From positions 24,490,001-24,554,000 of the forward strand of contig OX597832.1 of NCBI GenBank assembly GCA_951406725.2: a stretch of 64,000 bases of DNA, given 5' to 3'. A program made the position numbers and the translations under genes. Numbering within the stretch: position 1 is the stretch's first letter; each line of letters begins with the position of its first letter. Below, piece by piece: positions 39,819 to 54,225 of the stretch. This DNA comes from Octopus vulgaris (Eukaryota). The notes below the pieces were generated by a model. It made no database searches and was not told the origin of the DNA. It saw only the letters and a program-made list of their open reading frames with translations.

Positions 39819-39897
39819 ATGACTTCTTTCCTTCCCAAGATCATCGTGTTTGCATTTCTGGTGCAACTAGCATTCGGTGCAGCATCCATCGGTTTTG
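39819..39897 (+). CDS. SVWC-like secreted Cys-rich peptide gene A, exon 1 (signal peptide)
   Basis: MTSFLPKIIVFAFLVQLAFGAASIGF+G; hydrophobic core and A-F-G cleavage motif; phase-1 donor G|gtaag. Confidence 0.85.
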
Positions 39898-39919
39898 GTA
39901 AGAGACCAAAACATTTTTA

Positions 39920-40066
<147 letters not shown>

Positions 40067-40077
40067 TAATTATTATT

Positions 40078-41110
40078 ATTCAGTTGTCTTATTTTTATCG
40101 CGTGCTTTCACTGTACTGCTGAGCGCAGCTCTCTGTGCCTTGGGTATGTATTATAATTTGTGGTGATACTCTAAATGTTCCTGTATTGAAAGTGTTTTAT
40201 GTACGATGTGTACAGTGTGTAGTAGTGCTATCTTCTGTATGTTATATGTGTTTGTAAGTCCTGGTGTTTTTGTTATGTATTTGTTATGTATTTTTTAATC
40301 ATACCTAATGCACCTATTATGATAGGAATTGTTTTTGTTTTTAGACTCCATATTCGAGTTACCTCTATTTCCAGGTCTTTGTATTTTGGAAGTTTCTCAA
40401 TTTCTTTTAGAGAAACGTTGTCATCTCTTGGTATTGATACAGCGATTAGCATATCCCAGAATATGGTTGCTTTCCCGTTTTCTGTGACCTTTTCTGGTGT
40501 GTGCCTATACCATCTTTTTACTGTTGTTATTCCATAATGTTGGCATAGCTTCCAGTGTATGTAGGTCCCAACTCTGTCGTATCTCTGAATATATTCCTTC
40601 TTAGCCAGGACTGGGCAGCTAGAGATAATATGATTTATTGTTTCCAGTCCATCTCCACATATTCTGCAGTTATTTATTATGTTTCTTTTCATTATATGTT
40701 TTTGATAATTTCTGGTGGGGAGACTTTGGTCTTGTGCTGCAATTAAAAATCCTTCAGTCTCTGCTTTGAGTCCTGAGCTTCTCAACCATTGCTGGGATTT
40801 TGCTTTGTCTATTTCTGTTGCGTTTAGTTTAACCCAGTGTTTGCCATGAAGGGACTTTTCTGTAATCGTTGTATCATGATCCGTTGCTGTTCCAGTTTTA
40901 GCTTAGATTTCAGTTGTTTTACAGCTTTTGTTGTTTCTTCTTTTTCTTCATAGTTGTTAGGTAGTATGACTTCTTGTTTGTATTTGTCAGCTTCCTTAAA
41001 GACTGACAGCAGTTTTTTGTTTTGTTCGTGTTTTGTGGTGATTTGTATCAGTGTCCAGTTAAGGATATTATAGCCGTAAATTATAAATGGGGCAGCTAGA
41101 GTGTTAATGA
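40078..41110 (-). mobile_element. 5'-truncated R4/Dong element in intron 1 of gene A, ending in (AAT)n
   Basis: ORF 40273-40785: CRIC..HIISSC..RYD..KYKDL. 3' UTR homologous to 54128-54225. Confidence 0.9.
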
Positions 41111-41247
41111 GGACATTCTGTATTACAATAATCTATCCTGGATTACTATGTCGTCTGATAGCCGAATCCATTAAAGGAGCTTTCTGTGATAAACACACGT
41201 TACACAGTATACATACATACATACGTACATATATATGTATTTATATG

Positions 41248-41297
<50 letters not shown>

Positions 41298-42164
41298 TAC
41301 ACACAGATACACATACACACACTTAGGGATATACTATATGAGGTTCTCGGTAATTCCCGCAAAAGCGGGGCTTATCCCTTGGTTCCGTTCTCATAATTGT
41401 TTAGCTAATCCAGTAACAACAATACAAAGTATGTAACACAACGGTTTTTGTGCATTTACAGAGAATACTGAACTGTCTTACACAAGATCTTGTTTTTAGG
41501 AATGCCCAATAAGTTATGAATACCCAAATTGTGAAGTCAGTTAGTAAGAATTCAAATAAAGTAACATCAAATAGGGCTTTAATGTGTTCCCAGTGTATAT
41601 AGAACTTAGGAGGAAATGCTAATAAGGTATGTATAATAAGATCGTGATGCCTGTTACGTAACAATAGGCTAATCAGATATGAGATAATAAACATTCAAAG
41701 TAAATAACTCTGAAAAAAAAAGCTTTTGTGCGTTCGCAGAAAATATTATTCTGAGTGGCGCTAGTGTTGGTATATTCATGAATAAATCACTGACCGAAAT
41801 AAGTGGATCTATTTGTTTTGGAAAATACTATTTACTTCTTCAAGGGTTGTACTGGATAAATTGCGAAAATAAATAGTTCAAATACTAAGAAATAAGCATA
41901 CTCAATTTGATTTACACGAAATAATTTACGAACATGAATGGGTTATATCCCTTGGCTATATATAAGGATCCCTTTCAGGAGCGAATGGGTTATTTCCCTT
42001 TGATGTTATTATCGATTTTTCAACACTCTAAGTACGTCACTAATTTTCCAGATATGAGTTCTACTCACGTGTCAGGAGTTAGATAACAACGCCACAAACA
42101 AACACCCACAGATTTCCAGATATGTAACAGATATTAATGATATATATATGTGTCTCTATTTTAG

Positions 42165-42291
42165 GGTGCCGGGACAATGTTACTTACGGTACGTATTATT
42201 ATACGGAAGGAGTATGTGGGAGATGCATGTGTCATGCACCCGGAAGTTTATACTCATTGTCAGATTCCCAACCAACGGAAACCTGTGTAAC
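42165..42291 (+). CDS. SVWC-like gene A, exon 2
   Basis: tctattttag|GG TGC..; CRDNVTYGTYYYTEGVCGRCMCHAPGSLYSLSDSQPTETCV; AC|gtaagt. Phases match exons 1 and 3. Confidence 0.88.
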
Positions 42292-43067
42292 GTAAGTAAT
42301 ACCGAAACTGTACATATACAACAAGCTACCATGAGTACACATGCACGCTATCCTTTTCATACAACGAGGGAGCGTTTATAAAAGTAATGAGCAAACTGAG
42401 GCCCGCGGGACATTCTGAATGGAGCACCATGCCAAGAATAACCTTGAGTTCTCTACATGTTCGGCCTGCCCGATGATGACTCTCCATAAGTTTGCCTTTA
42501 CCTGGTCTAGAAGGTCAACGATTTTCTAGACATAGCAGCCAAATCTCCTGGAATGCAACCTTAAAATCTCATTGGATAATGTAGTTTCAAATATAAGAAT
42601 AGACAGGATGGCCTCGTATGGAACGCCTTTGGCTATAGATTTTCTCCTCTCAGACTCACGCTGTCATTGCAGTATTTCTAAGCCCTACAAAGAACTCCTT
42701 GTAAACACGCGGTATCGTGAAAGCCCATAAATGCTTCCTTACCTTGCTAGAAATACTAAGTAAATCAGATTCACACCTCATCGAGCTAACCTATGAAAAG
42801 GACATATTGCTGTATTGTTAAATAGATTACCTCGCTTCTCCCTGTTTCAAGGGTTCAATCCCATTGCACGGCACGTTGAGCAAGCATTCTCATCTGAACT
42901 CTGATCAATGCATTTTGAAAGGATGTTCTTCATGGAAACTGAGTGGAATCCCTTTTTGTCGGCAGTAAATTTACCTATCTATTTATATACTATCGACAAA
43001 AGCTGCGCTCGCGCAGCGGATTTGAAAAGTTGTAATGCCTCGTGCTTACATATTAAATCTAGGCGTA

Positions 43068-43138
43068 CCTCCTGATGAAGACTTCGCCTAGCAAATTACT
43101 TTATTTTATAAAAAAGTCTGAAACCATGGTTCAGGAGA
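43068..43138 (+). ncRNA. Hammerhead-like motif in intron 2 of gene A, sense orientation
   Basis: CTGATGA-AGACTT..AAGTCT-GAAA-CCATGG-TT-caggag. Stem II 6 bp, palindromic stem III, stem I register imperfect. Confidence 0.5.
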
Positions 43139-43266
43139 TAGATGGTAAATGTTTTTATTCTTCATTTCCTTCGAAGTTTATCCCTAATAGTGGATTGGAT
43201 TTTTGCTGTTCCTTCTCGCGTGCAAGGAATCCCATGACGGATACCTCTTATGCGTTTAAATGCACA

Positions 43267-43349
<83 letters not shown>

Positions 43350-43580
43350 TGAATATATATGTATATAAATATATATATGTGTGTATGTATGCATGTGTGT
43401 GTGCATGTGTGTGTTTGTGCGGGTTTGTGGGTGGGCGGTGTATGGGTGGGATCTTCATGATTAATTAATTCTACATACATGTGTAAAAAAGAAACGGTCA
43501 AAAGCTAGTTTCTTTTTGATTAGAAGTCTGTCGGTCAGATATAAGTCTGAGGTCAGAAACATCGATATCAATTATCACGA

Positions 43581-44205
43581 GGGCGGCGAGCTGGCAGAAT
43601 CGTTAGCACGGCGGGCGAAATGCTTTGCGGTATTTCGTCTGCCGCTACGTTCTGAGTTCAAATTCCGCAGAGGTCAACTTTGCCTTTCATCCAATCGGGG
43701 TCAATAAATTAAGTACCAGTTACGCACTGAGGTCGATATAATCGACTTAATCCGTTTGTCTGTCCTTGTTTGTCCCCTCTACATTTAGCCCCTTATGGGC
43801 AATAAAGAAATAAGAAACGTTAGCACGCCGGGCGAAATGCTTTGCGGTATTTCGTCTGCCGCTACGTTCTGAGTTGAAATTCCGCGGAGGTCGACTTTGC
43901 CCTTCATCCTTTCGGGGTCGATTAAATAAGTACCAGTTACGCACTGAGGTCGATATAATCGACTTAATCCGTTTGTCTGTCCTTTTTTGTCCTCTCTGTG
44001 TTTAGTCCCTTGTGGGCAGTAAAGAAATTGGTATTTCGTCTGATTTAAAGTTCTGAGTTCGAAATCCGTTGAGATCGACATTCATTCTTTCAGGGGCGAT
44101 TAAATAAGTACCAGTTGCGCACTGCCGTCGACGTAAACGACTTAATCCCTTTGTCTGTCCTTCTTTTTTCCCCTCTAAATTTAGTCCCTGTGGGCAATAA
44201 AAAAG
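43581..44205 (+). mobile_element. Head-to-tail array of three SINE family C units in intron 2 of gene A
   Basis: Units start at ~43581, ~43813 and ~44029. Confidence 0.85.
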
Positions 44206-44330
44206 TAAGCAACAACAAATGCATACGCTGTCACAGCTTCTATCTTCACGTGATTAAATTATGCCATATTTCTAACACAGCCAAATCGTTTCTTTCATTT
44301 CAATATTTCTTTCTTATTCCTTTACCATAG

Positions 44331-44430
44331 GTGCGGTGTAATGAGTATAGCGAACTGTAGCGAACTGGTGCCAGTCAACCCTACTGCAAACTACCCGGCT
44401 TGTTGTGAAAAAATGTGTAAACCCGAATAA
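44331..44430 (+). CDS. SVWC-like gene A, exon 3 (terminal)
   Basis: Long pyrimidine tract, tag|G; CGVMSIANCSELVPVNPTANYPACCEKMCKPE*. The YPxCCxxxC end is characteristic of SVWC domains. AATAAA at ~44510. Confidence 0.9.
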
Positions 44431-44544
44431 ACACAGAACGGATTTCTTTATTTCGTGGAAAAGATTTTAAAGTCTGACTTTAGATTCGTTATAATAAATT
44501 CTCTGCATGAATAAATTGAATTAATTACGATAATGATTTTAAAA

Positions 44545-44596
<52 letters not shown>

Positions 44597-44778
44597 TTGC
44601 GTTGCATCTTGATCGTGTTTATATGTGGACTTGTTTCTTTTAGTTTCAAAACATCCTCTTGTTTCAGACTGGTTCAGAAACCAGTCTGCAATGCTGGAAT
44701 ATGATACCAAATAACGATTCGAGTGTATGTGTGTGTATGACCGTATATATGTCTGTACACACACACACACACACACAT

Positions 44779-45325
<547 letters not shown>

Positions 45326-46199
45326 CATATACATATATACATATACATATATATATATATATATGTATATATATTTCTATACACACACACATAACACACA
45401 CATATATATATATACATATACATATATATATATAGATCAAAACAGATTGATTCATAGTCCTTGGTACCTCGTCTATTGGGGTCTGAATGAGAGTTTACCA
45501 CTGAATGAATGTTTACCACTGGAAGTCAGCTTGCGATTGGTCGAGGAAGTTTACGCAGAATAGCAGTTTGATGTTGGTATTTCATCGACAACAATTACTT
45601 GGAAGTTACCGCAGGTGAACCGGGAATGTACCGCGCGTTGAACAGGGGATCGACCGCGTGGTGGACAGGAAATTGGTCGTGTGGTTTGGTGGGGATCGGA
45701 AGTGGCGTTTCATGTGGGGGTATGTATATAAGTACATGTATATGACCATATATCTGCATTTATGAATCCTTACTTATACGAGTGTGTATGTGTGCTTGAA
45801 CATACATTCACACACTCACTCTCTCACGCGTGCACACGCACATACACGCATACACGAAGGCACACACTCACACGCGCACACAGGCGTGCATATATATACA
45901 CATACACATGCACACACATACATACACGAACACACGCTAACACACGCATGCACACCTTTATCTCCATGTACATATGCACATGAGCACATGCACACACAAG
46001 TGTGCACGTGTATATATATGCACATGTACAGGTGCATATGTATATGAATGCGTGCGCGAATGTACGCTCGCGCACACACATCCGTGTGCATGCATACAGG
46101 GAGCCGGTGCATATGCGCACTCCCGCACATGCGCACTCGCGCTCGTGTACTCCTGTGCTCATGCATAAGGGTTGATGTACAAAGGCTGAGAATATGCGG

Positions 46200-46515
46200 G
46201 TAGACAGGCATTAAGATGTACTGAAGACTGGCGACTTGCGGTGCAGCTCATTGGGGTTAATTTGCGACGGTAACCTTGGTGCAGGCGGTGCTAGGGGTGG
46301 GTGTTTCTAAGGAGGTTTATCCGGTCCGTCGGCAGCTAGAGACCTGAAATTTACCAGAACGGTGTGACCTCTGGTGACAGCAATACGATATTTTTTGTTG
46401 ATGGATATTGCGGGTTGGTAGATGATACACAGTTTTTCACGGAGGCACAGCTGGTAATTCGGGGCGCTTCGTGAATGTGGTGGCGCCCTGTCGATGATAA
46501 TCCACTTGCTGCTGT
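46200..46515 (-). mobile_element. Inverted 3' segment (pLTR-like) of a Penelope-like element
   Basis: Reverse complement of 46395-46515 aligns with 48045-48165 (KWIIIDRAPP..NYQLCLREKLCII..SINK). Confidence 0.65.
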
Positions 46516-48165
46516 GTATTTCCTCTCGAAGATCTCGAAGATCTCGAAGTCTTCAGAGAAAGCTTTCTTCTACAAGAACCCTTCCATTACTACATCTGCG
46601 GATAAGTTTTGCTTTAAATCCCGGAAGTGGCCCTCCCTGGGTAAGAAAGGCATTGAGAACTTCGAGACTGACCTATGGAACATTATAAAGATGGTGAGGT
46701 TTCGGCATTATTCTAACCCCTTCCTTAAATCCCTAAATGACTATATGACCAGTATTAAACAATCTCTCAATATCCTCACAAACAAAGCAAATGAAACAAA
46801 CAATTCCACCCATTCAAGATTCCCCACAAGCGCCATCACCAAACATACAAAAAACCCTCGCGATTTCACATAGAATTGCATAAACAAAGAATCTATGGAT
46901 CTGGATACCCACCTTAAGATAGAGGATCGTACAGATCGCCTCGCCCCGTGACCCTCCACCATATTACACTTAAGGACCATAAGCCTAATTTCCATCCCAA
47001 CCCCAAATGCAAGCAGACCAACTCCTCTAAAAGCGAGATCGGTATCATTTGCAAGTATAGTCTCGATACTATCAACTCTGACATCAGAAAGGCTACAGGG
47101 TTGACTTAATGGAACTCCATCGCAGCTGTGACAGACTGGTTCCATGATATCGAGAATAAATCAGCCCACAAATTCACCCAGTTCGACATCGTTGACTTCT
47201 ACCCTTCCATATCTAAGCCTCTTCCCCCGAAGGCCCCAGCTTTTGCTGGACAATTTACCAGCATTAGTGATCGTGATATGGGAATCATCATGAATGCTAG
47301 AAAGTCAATTGTGGTCCATGACGATTCCTTTTGTGTGAAGAAAGAAGGTGTTCCATTTTTTGATGTTTCTATGGGGAGTTTGATGGGCCCGAAATCGCTG
47401 ACCACATCGGGTTATACATTTTGGGTACCCTCAAGAAATATACACATCTGCAAGAAACGTACTCATCCTCTATAGGGACTATAGTCTGGCTATCTCAAGC
47501 CATATAAATGGCCACACCATGGACAGGTTGAGGAAGACTTGATAAAATGTTTAGCCTGTCCATAACGATTACTACCAAGCTGATTACGGTCGTTTAATTG
47601 GACGTAACCTTGGACTTGAACATGGACAAATACTACCCCTACAGAAAGCCTAATGAAGAAAACAGTATACACCCCCATCCCGCTGTGATTAGGAAAAGGA
47701 AAATAATCTGGTATAACCCCTACCCTTTACACTAGAATTTTCAAACAACGTAGCCTGGGGCTTCTTGTTGTTAATAAAGAAACATTTCTCCAGTGGCCAT
47801 ATGTATTACACACTTTTCAACCCCCATAATGTCAAGGCAAGCTACTCTTACTTAGATATCGCATCCAACATCGAATGTATTAACAGATGTAAAAACGCAC
47901 CCACACAACCCAACCCCAGCCTGTAACTTTCGAAATCCTACCATTTGCCATCTCGGAGGATCCTGACTCTCAAGGGCTTTAGTATACAGAGCTTCCCTTA
48001 CACCATCCGATGGCATTACTTTGCGGCCTCCAAGACGAAGCATCCAGCATGAAGTGGACTATTATCGACAGGGCACCACAATATTCACCCAGTGCCCTTA
48101 ATTGCTAGCTGCTCCTTCGTGAAAATTTGCATATTATCTTCTAACCAGCAATATCCATCAACAAC
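46516..48165 (+). mobile_element. Degraded Penelope-like retrotransposon (RT plus remnants of a C-terminal GIY-YIG region)
   Basis: KDHKPNF, KSEIG, QFDIVDFYPSI, FFDVSMGS, LDVTLDL, YPYRKPN, RKRKIIWYNP, CN..C..GG.C motifs across many frameshifts. Confidence 0.8.
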
Positions 48166-50030
48166 ATTAGCATAAACTGTGGAATTTTCCAAGGTGACTC
48201 ACTTTCAGCACTAATATTCTGTATAGCACTAATACCACTCTCAAGTGAATTGAATAGAACAGGATATGGCTATAAAATTGACAACAAGAAAATAAGCCAT
48301 CTATTTTATTTGGATGACTTAAAGCTATATGGCAAAGATGATGAAGAGCTTGAAGGATTATAACATACTGTGAAAGGATTCAGTGATGATATCGGGATGG
48401 AGTTTGGCCTTGAAAAGTGTGCCAAAGCCACTTTTAAGAAAGGGAAATTGGTAAAGTCTAGTTCAATCGAATTAGATGTCGAAATAGTAATAAAGGAACT
48501 TGAGCAGGAACAAACCTATAAATACCTAGGAATAAATGAAGGCTCTGGTATCCAGCATGCAAGCATGAAAGAGAAAGTTAGGAAAGAATGTTATAGAAGA
48601 GTCCGAGCAGTCCTGAAGTCTGAGCTGAATGCATATAATAAGGTTTTAGCCATAAATTCCTTAGCAGTACCAGTTGTTCTCTATAGCTTCAATGTGCTTA
48701 ACTGGAATACTAGTGAAATAATGAATATTGACAGGAAAATCCGCAAGCTACTGACTTGTAATGAGATGCACCGTCCAAAGGCAGACGTGGATCGCCTTTA
48801 CCTTCCCAGAGGTCAGGGCGTTCGAGGTTTGATCTAGCTTGAACTTACATACAAAACCACCACAATCGGACTGGCCAAATACCTTGAGGCAACCAACGAT
48901 TGGATGCTAAAACTTGTTGAAAAACATGAAAGGCCTAAAAAACTTCACTCTATTCTAAAAGAGAGCAAAAAATTCGCTGCTGATCTCTTAGAGACCTATC
49001 AGATTGAGCAGGCTGAATGAAATGCGCCAACTGCAGCTGCAAAGAAAATAAAATTAATTGCAAAGACAAAAGCACACGAAAATTTAGCTAGCAGATGGGA
49101 AGAGAAACCTCTCGATGGCAAGTATGTGGCCCGTAGCAAACAAGCTGATGTCGACCAGAAACACACACTCCAATGGTTAAGAAGTTCAGGGCTAAAAGCA
49201 GAGAGTGAAGGTTTCATATTAGCTACTCAAGACCAAAGCTTATTTACCCGGAACTACTAAGCCAATGTGATGAAAAATGGAGCTGACCCAAAATGCCGAT
49301 TCTGTAACGATGAGATTGAAACAATAGACCACCTAATCTCAGGGTGTAGAGTCTTAGCACCTGCAGAATATAAAGCAAGACATGACAGAGTCGGCCAGTA
49401 TCTACACTGGACAATATGTCGGCATTATAAAATCAAAACCACTGACAAATAGTATAAACATCATCCTGAAGCTGTGACTGAGGGAGAAAATGTGACGATT
49501 CTATGGGACTTCCCCGTGTAGACCGACAGGAATATAAAAGCCAATAAACCGGATATCATTATAAAAGATCAGACAAAAAGGATGTGTTTATTAATTGACA
49601 TGAGTATTCCCTGTGATCACAGTATAGCGGCGAAAGAATTTGACAAGATTAGTAAATATAAAGTCCTGCTAATGGAAATTGAAAATATGTGGCATCTCAA
49701 GGCGACTACAGTATCAGTGATTGTAGGATCTCTAGGAATGATAAAAAAAGGTACTGAAACATATTTGAAAATGATTCTAGGTTTACCATCCCTACAGGAA
49801 GTGCAAAAAATCGTATTAACTGGAACGGCTCATGTACTGAGAAGAGCACTATCGCTGTGAAAATAACATCCATCCATGAATTTATTTATTTATTAATTTT
49901 AAAATACATATTTTACCTGTGAATTTGCGCGTGTAATCTGGGAATGCATACAATGCCCTTCTCTGCCCTAGGTGTATGGAAAACACTCGGCGAGAAACGG
50001 AAGAAAATTTGAAGAAAGAAGGAAAAAACA
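48166..50030 (+). mobile_element. 5'-truncated R4/Dong-clade non-LTR retrotransposon (family 2; RT, CCHC, RLE), with stops
   Basis: GIFQGDSLS, HLFYLDDLKLY, FGLEKCA, YKYLG, CRFC..HLISGC..RHD, KPDII, LIDMSIP, KYK. Ends at (AAT)/(AAC)n. Confidence 0.92.
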
Positions 50031-50064
50031 TAATAATAACAACAACAACAACAACAATAATAAA

Positions 50065-50114
<50 letters not shown>

Positions 50115-50127
50115 GAATAAGAATAAG

Positions 50128-53100
50128 AATACACCGGGGGACGTTAATACACCGGGGGACGTAAGAATACACCGGGGGACGTTTAAGAATTAAGAACGAT
50201 AAAACAGAGCTATCCACAAACATCGAAAACAAGGACATCGTATGGAGCCAAAGATTTACTAACAAAGGATTGGACTGTATCCGAGTAAGTAATACTCATT
50301 GAAAGTTATTACTATTTTCGAAACGAAATGATGTATTTTGACTCGATATCATCTCCACCTCTAACACAACACATGTATAAATGCGTGAAACATTACGATC
50401 CATCAACACCAGATTATCCCCGACCCCAAACACCATGTACAAAGGAACTACGAAGAAATTAGATACCACCGATATTATTCAACCCAAGAATAACAATCGA
50501 GAGGTATGTACTTTAAACTTACAACACAAAATGTACGAAAAACTACACGTGCAAAACAATGTGACAACAGAAATGAACGGACCGGTACCCTACGAAAATG
50601 ACGACCGTCAAAATAATGGGCCGGTCGTGTTCCTCATGTCCCGCAAATAAAACCCAAAAGACATAAATGGACACGTGAGGAATACATTTCTATCCTACAC
50701 GCATACTTCACAGCAGTACTCTACCCAAAAAATGAAAACACAACAAAACATACATATAAAATATGGAAGGAAAATAACATAAATATAGACTTGGATACAG
50801 CAATGAACCCTAATAAATTAGCTAACGTACTAAGATACATTCTCAACGGAAAAAATATCAGAAATAGAAGTAGAACATAATACACCAGGAAAATGTAGAT
50901 AGAAGCCACACAACAATGCCCAATAAATATAAACACTGAAACAGTAAAACACGAAGACAAACGTAACATTTCCAACAAACACGATGTAAAGAAAAAACAA
51001 CAAACCCAGACCGTAAGGATGCATAATAATACACGACAAACAGCAAGCCAAAACACGGCAAACAAACATATAAATAAGAAAGAAAGCGACACAAAGCTAA
51101 AACCTGGAAACAACGAAAGGGAGCCTAATGATTATGATAATATAAAAAGTAAAATAATCAAAGAACTGAAAACCACAGAGCTCAAAATGGACCACCGACC
51201 ATACCTCCCAAAAATCAAAATAGACGAAACAACAACACCAATTATAAACAGCATAAACCTAGCCGTCACGGAACTAATAGCCACTGAAACAAAAAGCGAT
51301 ATCACTGAGCTAAATGACTTAGTATACGCAGCAGCCACTGCAGCCACAAAAGAAGCTGGATACTCACTCAAACCCATCTAAACTAGAGTACCACCACCCA
51401 AACAAACCCTGTGGATAAATAACATCCAAAACAAAATACAAAAAATGAGAAAAGATCAGTCGGTTCTTAATTAAATCAGTAGACAATCAACGCTACGGAG
51501 CAACAAAAAGAAAACAAAAATACTCCGCAAATATACCATCACAGAAAAAGATTTACCTGAGATAAAAGAAAAGCTGAAGCAAGATATCCTTGCCAAAGCA
51601 CAAAGGATCCGCCGGTACGAGAAACGTCAGTGCGTCTTTGAACAAAACAAAATGTTCAACTCCAACCCCAAAAGTTCTACCAAGAACTTGGCAAAAATAA
51701 AATAGAAATCACTGCAGCACCAACGGCAGAAGAAGTGGAAGAATTCTGGAGAGAAATATGGTCGGCGAACGAACAACCAAAAGAAAGGAGTATTAAAACA
51801 ACATACTCAGCATCTGAGCAACTCTGGACCCCCATAACAACTGAAGAGGTCACCCAGGCACTGCAAAGACTAAGCAACTGGAAGGCACCTGGGCATGACA
51901 AGATTCCCAACTTATGGTTGAAATATCTAACAGGAATGCACAAAAAGCTAGCTGAAAACTTTAACATACTAGCAGAGCCAGAGACAATGCCTGAATGGCT
52001 CACGAAGGGGAAAACTATCTTAATTCCCAAATCAAATGAGACAGCAAAACCAGAAAACTACAGACCAATAACCTGTCTCCCTACAATGTACTGCAGTGAT
52101 ATCGCAAAGGTTGAACAAGCACCTAGACGAAAACAACCTGTTTCCAGAAGAGCAGAAAGGATGCCGCAAAGGCTCATATGGCTGTAAAGATCAACTAATG
52201 ATTAATAAAGCCATAACTGAAGACAGCCACAGAAAGAAGAAAGGCCTCAGTATGGCCTGTATCGACTACAAAAAGGCTTTTAATAGCATCCCCCACACAC
52301 GGATCCTCGAAACACTAGGCATTAACAAAGTAGCACCAACAATTATAAAATTCATAGGGCACTCTATAAATAGCAAACTTTGCTACAGCTCCAAACAAAA
52401 GAGGGACTCATGAAAACCAAAGCCATCCCCATTAGAAGGGGAATATTCCAGGGAGACACGCTCTCTCCACTCCTTTTCTGCTTGGCACTGTCACCTCTAT
52501 CTGATATGCTAAATAGAACTGGATGCGGATATAAATGTTACGGCGAAACGATCAGCCACCTTTTATATATGGATGACCTAAAACTATACGCTGAAAATGA
52601 CAAACAGCTGGAAACACTATTAAAGACAGTTCATGGATTTACCAAAGAAATAGATATGAAATTTGGATTAGAAAAATTCGCCAAAGTAACCATGAAAAGA
52701 GGAAAACTAGTTAAGAGTAGCAACATCACACTAGATAAAACCAATGAAATAAAAGAATTAGACCAAAGCCAAACTTACAAATACTTAGGAATCCATGAAC
52801 TAGATAAGACACAACACACACAAATGAAAGAGAAAATAAAAAAAGAATATTATAGACGAGTTAGATCAATACTAAAAACAGAACTCAATGCTGAAAACAA
52901 GATAATAGGTATTAACACTTTAGCAGTCCCAGTTATAAGTTACAGCTACAATATCCTTAACTGGACACTAAATGAACTGACCAAAATAGATAGGAAAACA
53001 AGAAAAATAATGACAGGATCTAGGATGCATCACCCAAAATCTGACATAGAAAGACTATATATATACAACGTATAGAAGGTGGTAGAGGCCTTATACAGCT

Positions 53101-54221
53101 GGAAAACTACTATAAAATAACCACCATACGACTACAAATATATCTACTTCAGCAGGAAGGAAAACTGATACAAATAGCGGCAAAACACGAGCAAGACAAG
53201 AAACTGTTCTCAGTATTTAAGGAAGCTGACAAATACAAACAAGAAATAACACCACCTATTAAATATGAAGAAGAAGAAGAAGATGAAGAAACAACAAAAG
53301 CTATAAAACAAATGAAATCCAAACTAAAAATAGAACAGCAACGAACCATGATAAAACGATGGCAAGAAAAGCCCCTTCATGGTAAATACTGGACTAAACT
53401 AAACGCAAAAGAAATAGACACAGAAAAATCCCAGCAATGGTTGAGAAGTTCAGGACTCAAAGCAGAGACAGGGGGATTTTTAATTGCAGGACAAGACTAA
53501 AGCCTCCCCACCAGAAATTACCAAAAACATGTAATGAAAAGAAATATTACAAGTAACTGCAGAATATGTGGAGATGGACAAGAAACAATAAATCATATTA
53601 TCTCTAGCTGCCCAGTCCTGGCTAAGAAGGAATATATTCACAGACATGACAGAGTTGGAACCTACATACATTGGAAGCTATGCCAACATTATGGAATAAC
53701 AACAGAAAAAAGATGGTATAGGCACATACCAGAAAAGGTCACAGAAAACGAGAAAGCAACCATACTCTGGGATATGCCGATACACACAGATAGAGAAATT
53801 AAGGCCAACAGACCAGATATAGTTGTCAGAGACCATGAAGGAAAAAAATGCTTTCTAATTGATGCATCAATACCGGCAGATGACAACGTTTCTCTAAAAG
53901 AAATCGAGAAACTTTCAAAATACAAAGACCTGGAAATAAAGGTAACCAGAATGTGGAATCTAAAAACAGAAACAATTCCTATCATAGTAGGTGCATTAGG
54001 CATGATAAAAAAATATTCAGACAAATACATAACAAAAACACCAGGACTTACAAACGCATATAACATACAGAAAATCGCACTACTAGGCACTGCACACATC
54101 CTACGCAGAACACTTTCCATACAATAACTATCAGAGCATCACAACAAATCACAGCACATACCTAAGGCACACAGAGCTGCGCTCGGTAGTGAAGTGAAAG
54201 CACGCTATTAATATAAAACTA

Positions 54222-54225
<4 letters not shown>
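50128..54225 (+). mobile_element. Near full-length R4/Dong retrotransposon (family 1), frameshifted ORF ~50570-54127, flanked by (AAT)n on both sides
   Basis: N-terminal RHKWTREE; WKAPGHD, YRPITCL, EEQKGCRKG, IDYKKAF, GIFQGDTLSP, YMDDLKLY; CCHC; RHD, RPDIV, LIDASIP, KYKDL. Confidence 0.95.

Noticed and set aside
42148-42381. Track ORFs 42148-42381 and 60354-60569 as genes
   Set aside because: Wrong frame; the Cys-rich exon 2 lies in another frame bounded by AG/GT.
42975-43270. Minus-strand Helitron surrounding the intronic hammerhead motif
   Set aside because: A GC-rich hairpin is present but the CTAG terminus is not intact in either duplicate; support is insufficient.
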